64,000 nt of DNA from Hormiphora californensis (GCA_020137815.1 CM035356.1:5704001-5768000); one strand, 5' to 3'; positions 22,478 through 53,862 are shown, counted from the first letter of the stretch. The notes: a model not told the origin generated them from the letters alone. Made by a program: numbers and translations.

Positions 22478-25234
22478 ATGGTTGCAGACTGTTCAGTTCC
22501 CATGAACTTTGGAAGGCAGTACCTTGATTTCGAAGGCCTATGTGATCTGGAATTCACGTGCAATAAAGGTGCAGTTGTCAAGGCTAGTTCCTTCCCCCTC
22601 GCCCTTAACAGTCCGGTGGTGCGTGAACTAGTGGGTACCCAGCTCATCAAGGAACTTGATATGGAGGAGTTTTCTCGTCTTTCTGTGCTCACCTTTGTCG
22701 AGTCTTGCTACACTGGTACCCCTACCATCAGTAAGGAAAACTTTCGGGAGGTCAACAAACTGAGTGCAGTGTTCAAGGTCCAGTGGCTGATAGACGATTG
22801 CTCCACGTTTTATATTTTATACCCGTCTCTGCTCTGGAATGAATGAGACCTCTCTCGAATTAGCCTGGTATTTGTTTGATGAGGCATCGTACATCCTCAA
22901 GGAGAGGAACAGCAGGGACCTTGGGGAAGCCCTAAAAACCGGAATGAAACCATTTCCAAATCTCCAGCTGGCACTAGTCCAGGATTTTATATCACGGGAT
23001 CCCAATGCACAGGAGTTCGCCTCTACTGAGCTGTGTTTCTCCATAGTTGGATCTGATACTACAGCTCTTTACAGTTGGCTGGCTAAAAACCTGGAGAGTA
23101 AGCCCCATCCAGTGAAACTGACAGATGTGGAAAGGAGGTTTCTGACTTCACAATCGCTTACATTGTGTTATCAATCTGATCATGGACTGTATCAGAGACT
23201 GCTCAAGACTGTTCAACAATGTCTCTCAAATGAGGATTTGGCGTCTCTCTTCGCAGTCTTCGCAAGTGTTCCGCTGCCATCGATTAGCGTTCCAGTTCCT
23301 TCGATCAGCACTGTCAGTGTTCCTTCGACAATTAGTGATCATGTTCCTGGAACCAGTTCAAATATTCCAAGTCAGGTTCCATCAAACAGCAACTTGCAGA
23401 AAGATAAGATTGTCTACCCGATAGTAATACCGGAATTGCAGACCTGTGATACATGGTTGGAGGCTATCAAAATATGCGATGAACATCCCAGACTACACAG
23501 TTGTTTGCAGTTTTTGATCGGTCTGAACTGTTATGGTTATTTTTATAAAACCAATAACCCACTTTCTATGCGTGATACACCTACAGATGCCTTCGCTGCT
23601 GCCATGGACAGACGATATAATGAAAATATTAACGTAACTATCGAGGAATACGACACTCTGGAGAGTAGGTATGAAAATTGGATTCATAGAGAGCTGTTTT
23701 ACTTTGACAGCATAGAAAGTTTACTTGATCCGTACCTTTTACAACCAAATGGTCGATGTGACTTCATCCAAGACAACCTAGTTGCCGTAAAATTAACTAA
23801 TAGGCCAGTCACTTTTTGCTTAATTGGTGAACTGAGACATAACAAAGGTTTTCCACTTGCATTGTACTCCTATGGGGTCCCAGAAACACCAGAAAAATCG
23901 TCCACTCCAACCGAGGTGAAGAAAGTGCCCAAAATGGCCACGCCCTTTTTGCCTGTATTTTCAGCCTTGACCAAAAATAGCAACTTTGCTTTGGATTGGA
24001 GTAGAAACGTAAATGAGGGCACTAAAATGTGTAGAATGAGCAGCAGAATCGATTGGTACCAAGCAGAAGTCGTTATCTCATCAGGTTCGAGAGATAATTG
24101 GATAATTAGGTATGCGCATAACCGTTTTTGAGCCATATGGCTATAGCCGCTCAGGAGCAGGTTTCAGAAATTTTGCTTCACAGGAGCTTGTTCAGCATAT
24201 AAAAATTAGTGGGGGTAACAAATATGAAGTTTTTATCGCATAAGGTCAATGAGTTATTCAACTTTAAAGATCGAAAAATGAGGGTAAAATGAAGGAAAAT
24301 GACCAAATTTCGACTTTTTACCCCCATTTTTCGATCTTTAAAGTTGAATAACTCATTGACCTTATGCAATAAAAACTTCATATTTGTTACCCCCACTAAA
24401 TTTTATATGCTGAACAAGCTCCTGTGAAGCAAAATTTCTGAAACCGCTCCTGAGCGGCTATAGCCATATGGCTCAAAAACGGTTATGTGCATACCTAATT
24501 ATCCAATTATCTCTCGAACCTGATGAGATAGCGACTTCTGCTTGGTACCAATCGATTCTGCTGCTCATTCTACACATTTTAGTGCCCTCATTTACGTTTC
24601 TACTCCAATCCAAAGCAAAGTTGCTATTTTTGGTCAAGGCAGAAAATACAGGCAAAAAGGGCGTGGCCATTTTGGGCACTTTCTTCACCTCGGTTGGAGT
24701 GGACGATTTTTTTGGTGTTTCTAGGACCCCATAGGAGTACAATACAAGTGGAAAACCTTTGTTATGTCTCAGTTCACCAAACGGCCCCAAAATGACAAAA
24801 AATGACTGGCCTATAAACGCTATATTGATATACCATACCGCTGTGCCAAAAATGTATATCTATCTCTTCATGATATCCATGGTCGCAGTAAATGTAAAAA
24901 GACCGGAAAAAAGTCCATCTGCTGTAAGGTTGCTGTCAGGATTTCAATTTGCATCCAAGACTATGAGAGTTGGCCAATTTTGACACTTGACTTGGTAAAG
25001 GACCAGAAAATCCTATCGGTTCAGAGGGGCATTAATTTTCATCAAGATCCTGAACTGCTCAAGAACATTTCTCCAGTGATAGAAATATACGGGTTCCCAA
25101 GTACATATCATCGATTTATCTGTACGGTTAATCCTGAACCTTATGAATTTAATTGGGAGGTAGACGTGGATTGGAAAGAATGTAATGTTAGTTTATATTC
25201 ACCTTACTATCGCACAGATTGCATGTTCTGTTAG
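22478..25234 (+). pseudogene. BTB/POZ-domain protein copy 2, disrupted
   Basis: Near-identical 5' half to copy 1; a 7-nt duplication (TTTTATA) near 22810 shifts the frame; MITE at 23801-24813; the C-terminus CKVAVRISICIQDYESWPILTLDLVKDQK..FHQDP aligns with copy 1. Confidence 0.8.
23801..24813. mobile_element. 1.0-kb palindromic MITE, TAA TSD (PIF/Harbinger-like)
   Basis: TAA-TAGGCCAGTCA ... TGACTGGCCTA-TAA; removing the element and one TAA restores the BTB copy-2 frame (KLTKRYIDIPYRCAKNVYL...). Confidence 0.88.
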
Positions 25235-26148
25235 CATTAGTATCTTCTCCTTCTTCTTTGAGTGTCGGGTGTGAGACTCTAAAGACTATCGCGACTTTCG
25301 TCATTGCGATTTGGTCGACACTGGTGTGAGTGCTCGTGCCATGGGTGGAACCCACGGAGATTTTGAGATGAAGAAGAGGATAGCAACGGCATCTCCCCAT
25401 GCGTGGGAGCTCCTCCCTCTTTCTCCACTCGTCAGGAACAGCATGGCTGGTTCCGTTAATCAAGGGGAATCTATGTTCGGTGCAACCCCGGCTGGGGACA
25501 GGCCGCAGCTGTGTGCGAAGCGGTGTGGACGGTATGGTACCGCAAATGTTCAGTATGATGCAGATAAGATTGAATGTATCACATTTGTCTCTATATTGCA
25601 CTGTATACCTCTACTTTGGGACGGGCGAGCTGAGGAGGGGAGGCGAGTGGGGATCTTAAGATAGCCGAGATTTATAAAAGATCTTGATTGAGATTGTTAT
25701 TACATACCAGATAGTATCTGCATGGCCTGCAGGACCAGCGTATCTGCAAAGCAGTATCGGGGGAGCAGTTTTACTACTCATGTTAGAGTATAGCATTACA
25801 ATTTTGAATTTTCTGTTAGTAGGCGACACTAGCGTGGTACAAGTACACACGATCCCACGCATTTTTGTTCACTAGTCCCGGGAGTCGGGTCCCCTACTAA
25901 TTACTATTATATATATGCATGATTCTTACACTTTTCTAGTCGTCGCAGGCTCGTGCCCTTATTTTATAACAGCGCAGCTTAGTGTTTGTATATTGCATCG
26001 GGTTCCGCATGGCATGGTTGTGAAACGAAAGTTACGCTAGCGTTATGAAATGTTATCTTATTTTATTGTTTTATTGTTTTATCGGTTGTTAACTAATTTA
26101 ATTACATTCTAACCTCTTCCATAACCTTTAGAGTTTTAGCTGCGGTAC

Positions 26149-26652
26149 ATGGAAATAACAACAGTTGTGAGTGATGGACTCAGTGAGGGTGTTATAGGAG
26201 TGTCCTCTTCAGACCTCAACTCTATCATTGAACATGTTTATAAAGCCCTTACTGGGGAAACTACCCCTTTTGAGGGACATGAAAACCTGACTAATTCTAT
26301 GTTTTTGTTTGCCACTGAGGCGTGTCAAGTGAATGCCAGCCATGGTTCCATTAGTAGAACTTTGGAGGAGGCAGGATGGTCAGATGAACAGATCAAACTA
26401 CTTCTCACCCACCACACAACCTACTGTCCCCAAATCCGTAGTGAACTATCTCAGCGGTGCCCCAAGTTTAACTCTGTTGAAGATGTAAAGTGGGAGTTGG
26501 TGTTTGAGAAATCCCGGGGTCCGGTGTACCGGATGACGGTACAAACAGATGGGGATCACGTGTCATTTGAGTGTAACCCCGGTCAGTTATCTGATCTGGT
26601 ATCACAGTTACAGTCGGCCAACTTTTCTGTTAACAAGATTGCCTCTCAGTGA
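26149..26652 (+). CDS. COMMD3: COMM domain-containing protein 3-like, intronless
   Basis: SVEDVKWELVF..RGPVYRMTVQT..VSFECNPGQLSDLVSQLQSANFSV resembles the COMM domain (DVSWRL..PAYLVTL..ISFSCSMEQLQDLVGKLKDA); the N-terminus also resembles COMMD3. Confidence 0.8.
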   Translation: MEITTVVSDGLSEGVIGVSSSDLNSIIEHVYKALTGETTPFEGHENLTNSMFLFATEACQVNASHGSISRTLEEAGWSDEQIKLLLTHHTTYCPQIRSELSQRCPKFNSVEDVKWELVFEKSRGPVYRMTVQTDGDHVSFECNPGQLSDLVSQLQSANFSVNKIASQ

Positions 26653-26885
26653 GAATGATGTGTAATTTTTGAAGTGCTTGTTTTTTTTGTTTCATGTTTT
26701 GATGATCTGAATTTAAGAGCTGGACTCTATCAATGACTTTTACAGCGATAGCCGTTTGCTTGTTTATAGGTTTTACCAGTCAGTTTAAATATCTCTCTTG
26801 GTTTCTACCGCCCCTCTCCGTCTATAATACTAGTTAACCACCCCAAGATTTCAAGAAACCTTCTTATAATCCAATATACAGGTTC

Positions 26886-27356
26886 ACCTTCACCCCAATT
26901 TTCCGATATATAGGTTTGTCATGTATGCGACTGACTCCCAGGACATTTATACCGCCTGTAAGGAGGGAGATGACACCTTCGTCCGACAGTGGCTTTCTAG
27001 AGCTGAAAATGATGTGAACCGAGGGTGAGTTATAGTTCTTCCAATACAGACAGACTCTGATATACTCTCTACTATAACAGACTACAGACAGACAACAACA
27101 CGGACAATAACACAGACAGACAGATAACCAGACACACAGACAGACAACACACGAACAGACAACACTGACAGACAGACGATAATTGATAACACAGACAGAC
27201 ACACACACACACACAAACCGACACACAGACAAACAGATAAAACACGGAAAGAAAACTTACAACATACTCAATATTTCTCCCATTTGTAGAGTCTACCGAC
27301 AGTCGATATACTGCAGTGTGTTTGTATGGTAGTTGTGCAGAACAGCTATCATCCAT
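26886..27356 (-). CDS. unknown gene, first two putative exons
   Basis: MDDSCSAQLPYKHTAVYRLSVDSTNGRNI|gtatgt joins in phase 2 to ttttcag|DSRKPLSDEGVISLLTGGINVLGVSRIHDKPIYRKIGVK|gt; no family recognised. Confidence 0.4.
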
Positions 27357-27399
27357 TGATATTGTACTTGTATTATTATACACTGTACACGAATTACTT

Positions 27400-27440
27400 T
27401 ACATAGTCACGTGATACATCTGGTAGATCACGTGGTACAA
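27400..27440. promoter_or_regulatory. paired E-boxes, possible bidirectional promoter between the unknown gene and ILK
   Basis: GTCACGTGAT and ATCACGTGGT about 20 bp apart between divergently oriented genes. Confidence 0.35.
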
Positions 27441-27529
27441 TAACAGCGGCAAAAATAGAGAATTTGTATTCCACTAGTACCTACAATTCTTTTCTCTATC
27501 CATTTTCTTGCTCTCTCTCTTTCCCTATT

Positions 27530-27624
<95 letters not shown>

Positions 27625-29251
27625 ACACACACTCACACTGACTCTTTCTGCTATAATCAAATTTTGCAAACATTCTTGCACACAGCTAACTCGGTAGTGC
27701 ACTCTGCTGCTGACAGGCCAAATTGTAGTTAAACTGAATGGAGCAAAAATAAATGCACTTCAATTATATACCGAGTTTTCGGTGAACTGCAAATAATATG
27801 AAAATGGGAGTTTAACACAATATGACATAGTGCTGGTTGAGGGGTAATTGCACGGCAGGATTTTCCCAGGCCTGTAGTTTGATAAAATACGGAGTGACCG
27901 TGCCGTGGTAACCACTGTGGTTATCCGTGGTTATACGGATCTGGCTTTCCCAGGCCTGTCAGTGTAGTTATCCGATCACCAAACTTTCTAAGTAGCTGTA
28001 GTACTTTATATTTCTAACGGGGTTTCCGTTTTAACCTGTTAACCTGTTAACAGTCGCAGTAATGTAATCCTATAAAGTGATTCCCCAATGAATTTACGAT
28101 GCGACATTGTCATTATACAAAACTGAATATATTCAGCCCCCTTTTTTAATCCCTTCCACTGTCTCTCAGCGACGGGCACGGTTTCACCCCACTACACTGG
28201 GCAACCCCTTTTGTAACCCCCTCCTCCTCTCAGGGACGGGCACGGTTTCACTCCACTACACTGGGCAACTCCTTTTGTAACCCCCTCCTCCTCTCAGGGA
28301 CGGGCACGGTTTCACTCCACTACACTGGGCAACTCCTTTTGTAACCCCCTCCTCCTCTCAGGGACGGGCACGGTTTCACCCCACTACACTGGGCAACCCC
28401 TTTTGTAACCCCCTCCTCCTCTCAGGGACGGGCACGGTTTCACTCCACTACACTGGGCAACTCCTTTTGTAATCCCCTCCTCCTCTCAGGGACGGGCACG
28501 GTTTCACTCCACTACACTGGGCAACTCCTTTTGTAACCCCCTCCTCCTCTCAGGGACGGGCACGGTTTCACTCCGCTACACTGGGCAACTCCTTTTGTAA
28601 CCCCCTCCTCCTCTCAGGGACGGGCACGGTTTCACTCCACTACACTGGGCAACTCCTTTTTTAACCCCCTCCTCCTCTCAGGGACGGGCACGGTTTCACC
28701 CCACTACACTGGGCAACTCCTTTTGTAATCCCCTCCTCTCAGGGACGGGCACGGTTTCACCCCACTACACTGGGCAACTCATTTTGTAATCCCCTCCTCC
28801 TCTCAGGGACGGGCACGGTTTCACCCCACTACACTGGGCAACTCCTTTTGTAACCCCCTCCTCCTCTCAGCGACGGGCACGGTTTCACCCCACTACACTG
28901 GGCAACTCATTTTGTAACCCCCTCCTCCTCTCAGGGACGGGCACGGTTTCACTCCACTACACTGGGCAACTCCTTTTGTAATCCCCTCCTCTCAGGGACG
29001 GGCACGGTTTCACTCCACTACACTGGGCAACTCATTTTGTAACCCCCTCCTCCTCTCAGGGACGGGCACGGTTTCACTCCACTACACTGGGCAACTCCTT
29101 TTTTAACCCCCTCCTCCTCTCAGGGACGGGCACGGTTTCACCCCACTACACTGGGCAACTCCTTTTGTAACCCCCTCCTCCTCTCAGGGACGGGCACGGT
29201 TTCACCCCACTACACTGGGCAACTCCTTTTGTAATCCCCTCCTACTCTCAG

Positions 29252-41720
<12,469 letters not shown>

Positions 41721-44344
41721 GTTTTGTGAGATGTTTGAGAGTAGTGTCGAGATAAAAGGGGGAAAGAGGGGTGGAACTATTAAAAGTTGAATTTCAACTC
41801 AAAACACTTTCTAATCTTATAAATGGGCTTGAATAATTATCTTTGTGCTTTTTTCTTCCGAATACATCCCATTCGTAAAGACTGTGTAAGATATTTTTTG
41901 TTATTTTATGGACTTTTCAAGCGCATATCATTATGTAGATAACATATTCCCCGATTTATTTATAAAGTGGCACAAATTACTCTTTCATTTAGGGACTGAT
42001 CAAATCCCCAATCAAGTCTGCAACAACATGACTTTAAGACGATATACAACATTTTTTCCGTTTTTTAAAAAATTGTTTTTAAAAGTTTTTGTTTTTAAAA
42101 AAAAACGGTTTTTTCTATTTATTGATTTTTTTTTCAACATTTATTTACCGGGCTTTTTTAAAAAATTTTCCCTTGTTTTAGAAAATGTTATTAAACTTTT
42201 AATTGTAGGGTGGGGGGGGAAAAGTTATTAAAAATCTGATACATGGGTGATTTTTGCCCCCGGGGGCCAAAAAAGACGCGGCCCCCCCGAGTCCCAAGAA
42301 GACAAAAAGATTTTTGTCCCCCACAGCCCCGACGTCCTTTTTTTTAAAGGTTGTCCCTGACATTGAGTGTGGGGAAAACCTTTGGGGCGGGGCTTTTGGG
42401 GTTGGGGCCCAAAATGACGGAGCACCTCTGAGGGCCCGCCGACCCCAAATTATGCCATTGGGCAATGCAGTCTGCATTGAATTTGAAAATGAATTGTGTA
42501 GTGTGCATTGTATCCACCATGACCGACTATAGAGTTGTTGACAACAAAACTAGAGAGCGTTGTGATTTCCCCATACCTCTCTCTAGGTGGTGTTACAAAG
42601 CTGCTCTATCCAAGGGGAAAATTTAAAAACTAACTCTAAATTTTGGGTCTAAACTTTTAAACGGCCCCAGCTCGATAGCACCCGGTTTTTTATCTTATTT
42701 TCCCTTTTAAAAAAGTTTTACGGCCATCATTTTTGGGCGTTCGTTTCCCAAAAGGGGGGGGGGGGGGAAAAAAAAAAAACCCCCCTTTTACCCGAAAACC
42801 CTTCCCCTTTTCCCCCGGGCTCTCTTCTAAAATCCTCCTCCTTTTTTCTCTCTTCTTCTCTCTCCCTCCTTCCTATCTCTCTCTCTCTCTCTTTTTTTTT
42901 CTCTTTTTTGAATGCTGCAAATTCTAGCAGCAGGGAAAGAAAAACAGCTGTGTAGGGGCCAGTGCAGTACACAGTACAATGGTTATGATCGCACCAGTAT
43001 TTTAACAGCCTAGCGGAAAATAAACCGAATTGTTGAGTTAACTGCCAAATTGGGGCACATGTGTAATGTGCAGTGTGGCGACCCGACCCGACCTGATGAG
43101 CGCATTGTGGGGGCAGGGGCAGGGAGGGCGGAGGGTTTGTTTTTACTAGTACTACTGGAGATCTGCTCTTGAACCCCTCCAGATGGCCCACAAGCTTCTA
43201 TAACCTTGAGGCGGTTTGGTCGTGCCCCTCCTTAAAGGGACAACGAATCCTATAAAGTGCCCCTTTCTACTTGTTTTTTAAGTGGACAATTTACAATGTT
43301 GGATACTAAGCTGCCTGCCCTAAACATCTTCAATTAGCAAACATGTATCTATCTCTCCCCCTCTCTTGGTACACCTCTCACTCACACTGAGAGTCTCAGT
43401 ACCTCTCAGATCTCTCTCCCCCTCCTATGCCAGTATCTCTCTCTCTGATCTCTCTCAGTACCTCTCTGATCACTCTTCCCCTGCCAATTTCAACAACTAT
43501 TTTGTCATCAAATGATGAGGTGCCGCGTAAATTTACTGCCAGCAGATCTTTTCTCCCAGGCTCTAATTCCCCCCTAATTAGCAGTCTCTCTCTTCCTCCC
43601 TCTGTTAACTTGTAGGTGTTTGGAAAAGTAATGTGAGCACACGTATTTTATAGGGTTTGGTAATCTAATTAAGAATCACGATTACATTATCAAGCACACA
43701 TTACTCAAAATATAAAGGAAACCCGAGAAGTAAGGTATATATATTATAGGGATTCGATCCGATATTAGTGGGGGACAGCTGTTTGAAACTGAGGTGTGAG
43801 TAGTACTAAATGTGTTGAGCTTCAGTCACGCCCAAAACACATATGTTTCACACACAGTCACAATGGTGGGGTTCACTCTATCACCCCTCAATACAGATCT
43901 GTATAGGATTAGAAAAACTATACAACTATCAAGACATTTTTATATTCTATAGAAATTCTACGGAATCAAAAGCCCATCAAAAGTAATTTTACTACTAGTA
44001 AAGTAGTAAATTGTGACTTGTATGAATTATGTAGTGGCAGACGGCAGTTAAATGATTGCTGGCGTTGCTGGAGACCAAAAAATATTCTACAAAATAATCT
44101 CAGCTCTCAGTCTCACCCTCTCTCACTCTCTCTCTCTCTCTCTCACTCTCTCTCTTTCTCTCAGTCCCTCCCTCTCTGGCGGGTAATTATAATCATTCGT
44201 CGCATTACTCTCTTTTTAAGAATTACACCAACAAAAAAGAGTTCACTTAAACTTTCAGAGTCCGCGATTTAACACAGTCTTTAACTTCACAGATCTCATT
44301 TCCTTTACAGATATTTCATTTCTGGATGAATTTGGAGCTGAGTT

Positions 44345-48770
<4,426 letters not shown>

Positions 48771-49116
48771 CATCTCTCTTCTCTCTTTTACTTTTCCCCT
48801 CTCTCTCTCTTCTCCCCGGGCTCTAGAACACCTCTCTCTCTCTTCTGCCCCCTCTCCCTGCCGTCCTTTGTGTCGTTTCATAGTTCCTTCTCTCTCCTTC
48901 TCCTTCTCTCTCCTCTTCTCTCTATCGGGTCCGGGAGGGGCCTCGCCCCGAGAGAGTACCGGATTGGTTTACGGACCCCAGCCCTCTGTCTTGTAATGGG
49001 CTCAATCTCACGTAATGTATCACAGTACACTGAAAATGTATAGTTGTCAAGATTCCTAGATGGCTCAATCTCAGTATGCAGAGATATATTTAAACAAATC
49101 CCCGGTTTTTATGTCG

Positions 49117-49225
49117 CAGGAACCGACCGAATCAGGAAATACTGGTCCCTGATTGGCTGATAACCAGTCACATGACCTAAATAACGAGCTCTGATTGGTT
49201 GTTTACTTGGTCCGGTCGGTTCCCG
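49117..49225. mobile_element. 109-bp hAT-type MITE (family A)
   Basis: Match to family A. Confidence 0.85.
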
Positions 49226-49241
49226 GTAAATCGGGACCTAC

Positions 49242-50836
49242 TTCTCAATCGGGGAGCTAGGAGGAAGGCTGGAATAAGAGACTCCCCACAGGCTGCGTAG
49301 AGGAAGGCTTCCATAGTGACGTAGAGGTTGGGGAAAATGAACCTAGGGAGGGAATTGTTGAGTAACTCAGTAAAAGGGAAGTTGGACGATTGACGTAAAC
49401 CGCATGGTGATTTTAAAAATGAATCTCTATCATAGTTTTGAAATGAACGTCAAAGCTTTTTCATTCTTATTAAATATTCATATTGACGTATAGCGTGGTT
49501 GATGTTCATGAAATCAATATGAATAATAGTATTCATACTTATATTATGTACATATCTTTATGAATAAAAAATGCGATGCATTTGCGAGGCACTTTCCGAG
49601 TAATATATGCAGTAACTGCTAAATTAGCGAGTTCTTTTTGACGTTTAACTATGTTTTCGAGCGAAACCTCCCTAGAAATTCTAGGGAGGTTTCGCTCGTA
49701 GAACAATTTAAAGTGAGAGTGGACCGGATCAGAATTGGACAAGTTTGTTGTAGGTAGTAGAGAATAGCTCTCTGAGCATTTTGCCTTTTTGCCGCTCAAA
49801 ATCGACCCACCCATCACTGAGATATTTTTGTTATGTTGGGAGAATTCCTGCTGGATCAGTATTTATCAAACAGGATAGAAACAATCCTTGTGTTTTACTA
49901 ACAAATTCTTTAAATTTGTAATATGCTGGCGTGCATTGCACTGCTTCTGTGCATGGACATGTCAACCTCACTGCTTATATTCAGAATGTGTTAGTAAAAC
50001 ACCACGATTGTTTCTATTCTGTTTTATACATACTGATTAAACAGGAGTTCTCCCAACATAACAAAAATATCTCAGTGATGGGTGGGTCGATTTTGAGCGG
50101 TAAAAACGCAAAATGCTCAGAAAGCTAATCTCTACTACCTACAACAAACTTGTCCAATTCTGATTCGGTCCACTCTCACTTTAACAGAGGAAGCCGCTTC
50201 TTCGATGTCAAATAACTACATAAACTAGCCGCCAGCCGGCAATTACCGCGTTCAACAGTTGCTTATAACATTAGATGAACCCCCCAGACTATTTATAAGG
50301 TTAGGTAGTCGAATGAACAATAACTTCCCAGCAGAAGGATATTTCTCGAAATTTGAGTCGAATTAGAGATTTAATCTAAAATGCATTTTACCGGAAAGAA
50401 CTTCTTATTATTTATTCTCAAGAAGCACAGAGCCGATTAAAAAGTGGCAGAGAAGCAATAAATAATTCCCATTAGCTTTCTGAGCTGTGAATGGTTACTT
50501 ATTTATACAGTTGAATAATAATCGAAATGCCTACTAAATAGGCATCATAATATAATATTAGGATAAGAATTATGGTGCCGATTAAAAAGTTCAGATAAGC
50601 AATAAAATAATTTCGATTCTCATATGCCATTAGTGTTTCCGAAAACACCATGAACCTTGAATGAGGGTATAGAATAGTATGAAGTTTCATAAGCTTAAAG
50701 CTAACCAAAATACCTACTTGATAGGGTAAATGGGTATCATCACAAGGGTGTGGATGGTTGCAATTATAAAGGAGTTACAGAAGAGTGCCACAGCCCGTAT
50801 CCATAGCAACGGATTCACCGAGAACGGTGGTGACAT
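49242..50836 (-). CDS. N-terminal exons of a probable lysophospholipid acyltransferase (AGPAT5/LPGAT1-like)
   Basis: Exons 50836-50718 and 49342-49242 join in frame: MSPPFSVNPLLWIRAVALFCNSFIIATIHTLVMIPIYPIKFIFPNLYVTMEAFLYAACGESLIPAFLLAPRLR, resembling the AGPAT5/LPGAT1 N-terminal membrane segment; the catalytic NHxxxxD exon was not found. Confidence 0.45.
49712..50180. mobile_element. ~470-bp MITE with TTAA TSD (Kolobok-like)
   Basis: TTAA-AGTGAGAGTGGACCG ... CGGTCCACTCTCACT-TTAA. Confidence 0.88.
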
Positions 50837-52320
50837 GATCCCACTAGATAAGAGTTGAGATATATGTTAATTCGTAATTAATTGAGATGTTAATTGTTAA
50901 TTGAGATGTTAATTGTTACATAATTAGTTACGGTGGGAGGGTGCTTGGGGGCTGGGGTTCGAGGATGTAGCACTATCAGACAAAGATTGAAATTCAGCAA
51001 ACTGTTTGAATGTCAGCGAACTTTAAGATAAAATAACATATAACTTGGAAAAACAAATAGCTAAACAATTTGATTATCAGAAATGGGATTGAAAAGGTTT
51101 GAAAAGGGTTACAAATGGGGTTGATTCATTCACTGCAAACAATGTCCTATCCCCATTCACACACACGTCACACACACACGTCACACACACACGTCACACA
51201 CAACGTCATACGACATACATACCACGTCACACACAGACACACAGACACACACACGTCACACACAGACACACACCACACACACACGTACTGGCAACTGCAG
51301 AGCTACTACACAAGTACAGAGTGCAAGAAGGCTTTATCTGCTTACTAGTAACTCTTGATAAGGAAGCAACGGGATTTTGTTACACAAAAGTGTGTGGGTG
51401 GGGTAAGGGAAAATCTTTTTGATAGTGGCTTATAAAGAATAAGTTGAGAACACAATATACAATTTGCTTCCACTCCTACAAAACAACCAAACACTAATTG
51501 GACAACAAGAAAGGCGATAATAATGACTACAAAATGTGTTAATGGATCATTATAATTCCAATTGTGTGCGACAAAAATAGTACAATATACAGCACTCAAT
51601 TATATGAAGCTACCATGTGCCAGCTTTTGACAGTAAATAGAAACAACACTGGTAGCTATCTGTTTCGATACATAAGGCAGAACATTCATGTGAAACTACA
51701 CAGAAATGAGAAGTGAGAGAGACACGCACATTGCACAATATGTGAAGCTGAAACTACAAAGACATAGAAGACACATATTGTACACAGTACACGCACAATG
51801 AACCAGATGGTCGTTCACACTACCTAGTACTACTCTCAGCAAGGCAGTTCGTGTGGTACATACGTCATACTATATATGCTCCCCCTATAGAGTTACACAT
51901 GGATTGCTACACATACCATTAGTAGCTGCAGTAGCTTTAACGTAGACACGTGCATAAAACCGAGGTCCGAAAATAATAAAAAAGGAACAAAACATGACAG
52001 GAAGTGGTACTGGCACTGATTATGAACAAACCGAACACACGCACAAAACAGTTCATAATGGAAAACATCCAACATTCTCTAACTGGCTGAAATCCAACAT
52101 TAAATGTAGGTAGACAAAACGGTTCTGTGAAGAACAAGCAGAAATGTTATCGAAATTAGACAGAATTCGTGACTGTGACATAAACAAGAGGAATTAATTA
52201 CAAGCATTAATTATCATATGATGTTATGTTAACTGGTACCAGGGGAGCTCTAGCAAACTACCATACAACATGATATGCTCACATCAGAGGGAGAGATGGA
52301 GAGGAAGGATAGGGATAGAG

Positions 52321-52421
<101 letters not shown>

Positions 52422-53615
52422 TCAGGAGCTACTATAACAGTGCACGTTGCAGTCTGTGCAGGAAATACGGGCCGCGGGAACAACAAACAACTTACACAAA
52501 CACACGGCAAACACAGGCCATCCCGCGTACCAACACACCATCCCGCGTACCAACACACCATCCCACATTGTACGGTTATACTGCATTCATAACTGCAGGT
52601 GGAACACACACAGATAAAAGGGTCGGAGCAGTTATCAACGCTCGGCTATCACTGCGCTGGCAAGCGCAAAGGTGGCCCCATCCAACCCCCCGAAAAAAAT
52701 TCCCCCAAAAAACGGCCCGCTTGCTCACAGCGTATATATAGTTATTTCATACTTTTAGCCCATTTTGGCACTTTTTGACACGCCATAACTCCGGAACCGG
52801 ATGAGCTAGGAAGCTAAAATTTTGTACTCAGAAGCTTCTTGTAGACATCTATCGATGGTAAAAATTTCAAGTGGCTAGCTCATTTTGTTCAAAAGTTATA
52901 ACACCACCCCCAAAACAGAAAATTCAGTGTGGGGATAACTAGGTTGATACATACATACATACATACATACATAGATAGATGTATAGACGCTTTATTACCT
53001 TCCGTTTGGTCCCAGTTTGAGACGAACCAGACATCGTACGACCTTAAACCAAGCGGCATTCGACAGATAATTGTCTCGTGCATGTACCCATTTGGGTGGC
53101 AACTCTCAATCTTACCTATGACGCGCGCAATGACGTCACGAGTGACGTCATTGCGCGAGATCGACTAACTTTTTTCAAACGCCTCTAGCACCCTGAAGAC
53201 GTGTTCCGATTTCTGATTTGACGGAAAATCGTTACCGGCAAATTGTCTGAACTTTCAGTTACTATGTTGCGAATTTTCGTAGCTCATCATTTTGAGCCCT
53301 TAAATCGCGTAGGAAGTCAAAAATTTGACGAAAAATTCAGTAAAATGAACGTTTTTCGAGCAAAAACTCCCTTTCCTGACCACTGTGGTCAATGATACTT
53401 TACAAGCTCCTTCAGGGTATTCATTCAAAATATATTGTGATGCAATTACGTCGTTACGACGTCACTAATTACGTCATAATGACGTCATAATGACGTCAAA
53501 ATTACGATTTTCACAGAAATTCGTCTCGTCTCTCATATAACACATCATTTTGACAATTTTACATCATGAAATAATGTCATACTGACATTAGAAACCAAAA
53601 AGGGACCTAAATTAA

Positions 53616-53862
53616 GCCAAAAACTAATTGGAATTAGTTGGCGGGAAAGGTGGCCCACTTACACCTTTGCCTGATGCCGGGTTTTATTTTAAAATGTATC
53701 AGGGATATAAGAGGTGAGTGAAATAGAGAAAGAGAAAGGGTGAGAGAGAGAGATTGAGATACCGACGTGACGTGAAGAGAATGGCAGTTCGTGGTAGCCG
53801 GTAGCAGCAAAAGGTGTAAGTGGGCCACCTTTCCCGCCAACTAATTCCAATTAGTTTTTGGC
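53616..53862. mobile_element. ~250-bp MITE
   Basis: TTAA-GCCAAAAACTAATTGGAATTAGTTGGCGGGAAAGGTGGCCCAC ... and its reverse complement followed by TTAA. Confidence 0.8.

Noticed and set aside
23803-24131. C-terminal extension of the 430-aa ORF and the mirror ORFs at 23870/24468/24473
   Set aside because: Read-through into the palindromic MITE; no transposase motifs
27895-27960. CRGN..VIRIWLSQ, a weak resemblance to ILK exon 1
   Set aside because: Split across frames, with no clean ATG or donor
52620-53600. Possible Helentron/HINE-like element with an ATAC microsatellite
   Set aside because: Termini could not be defined from a single copy
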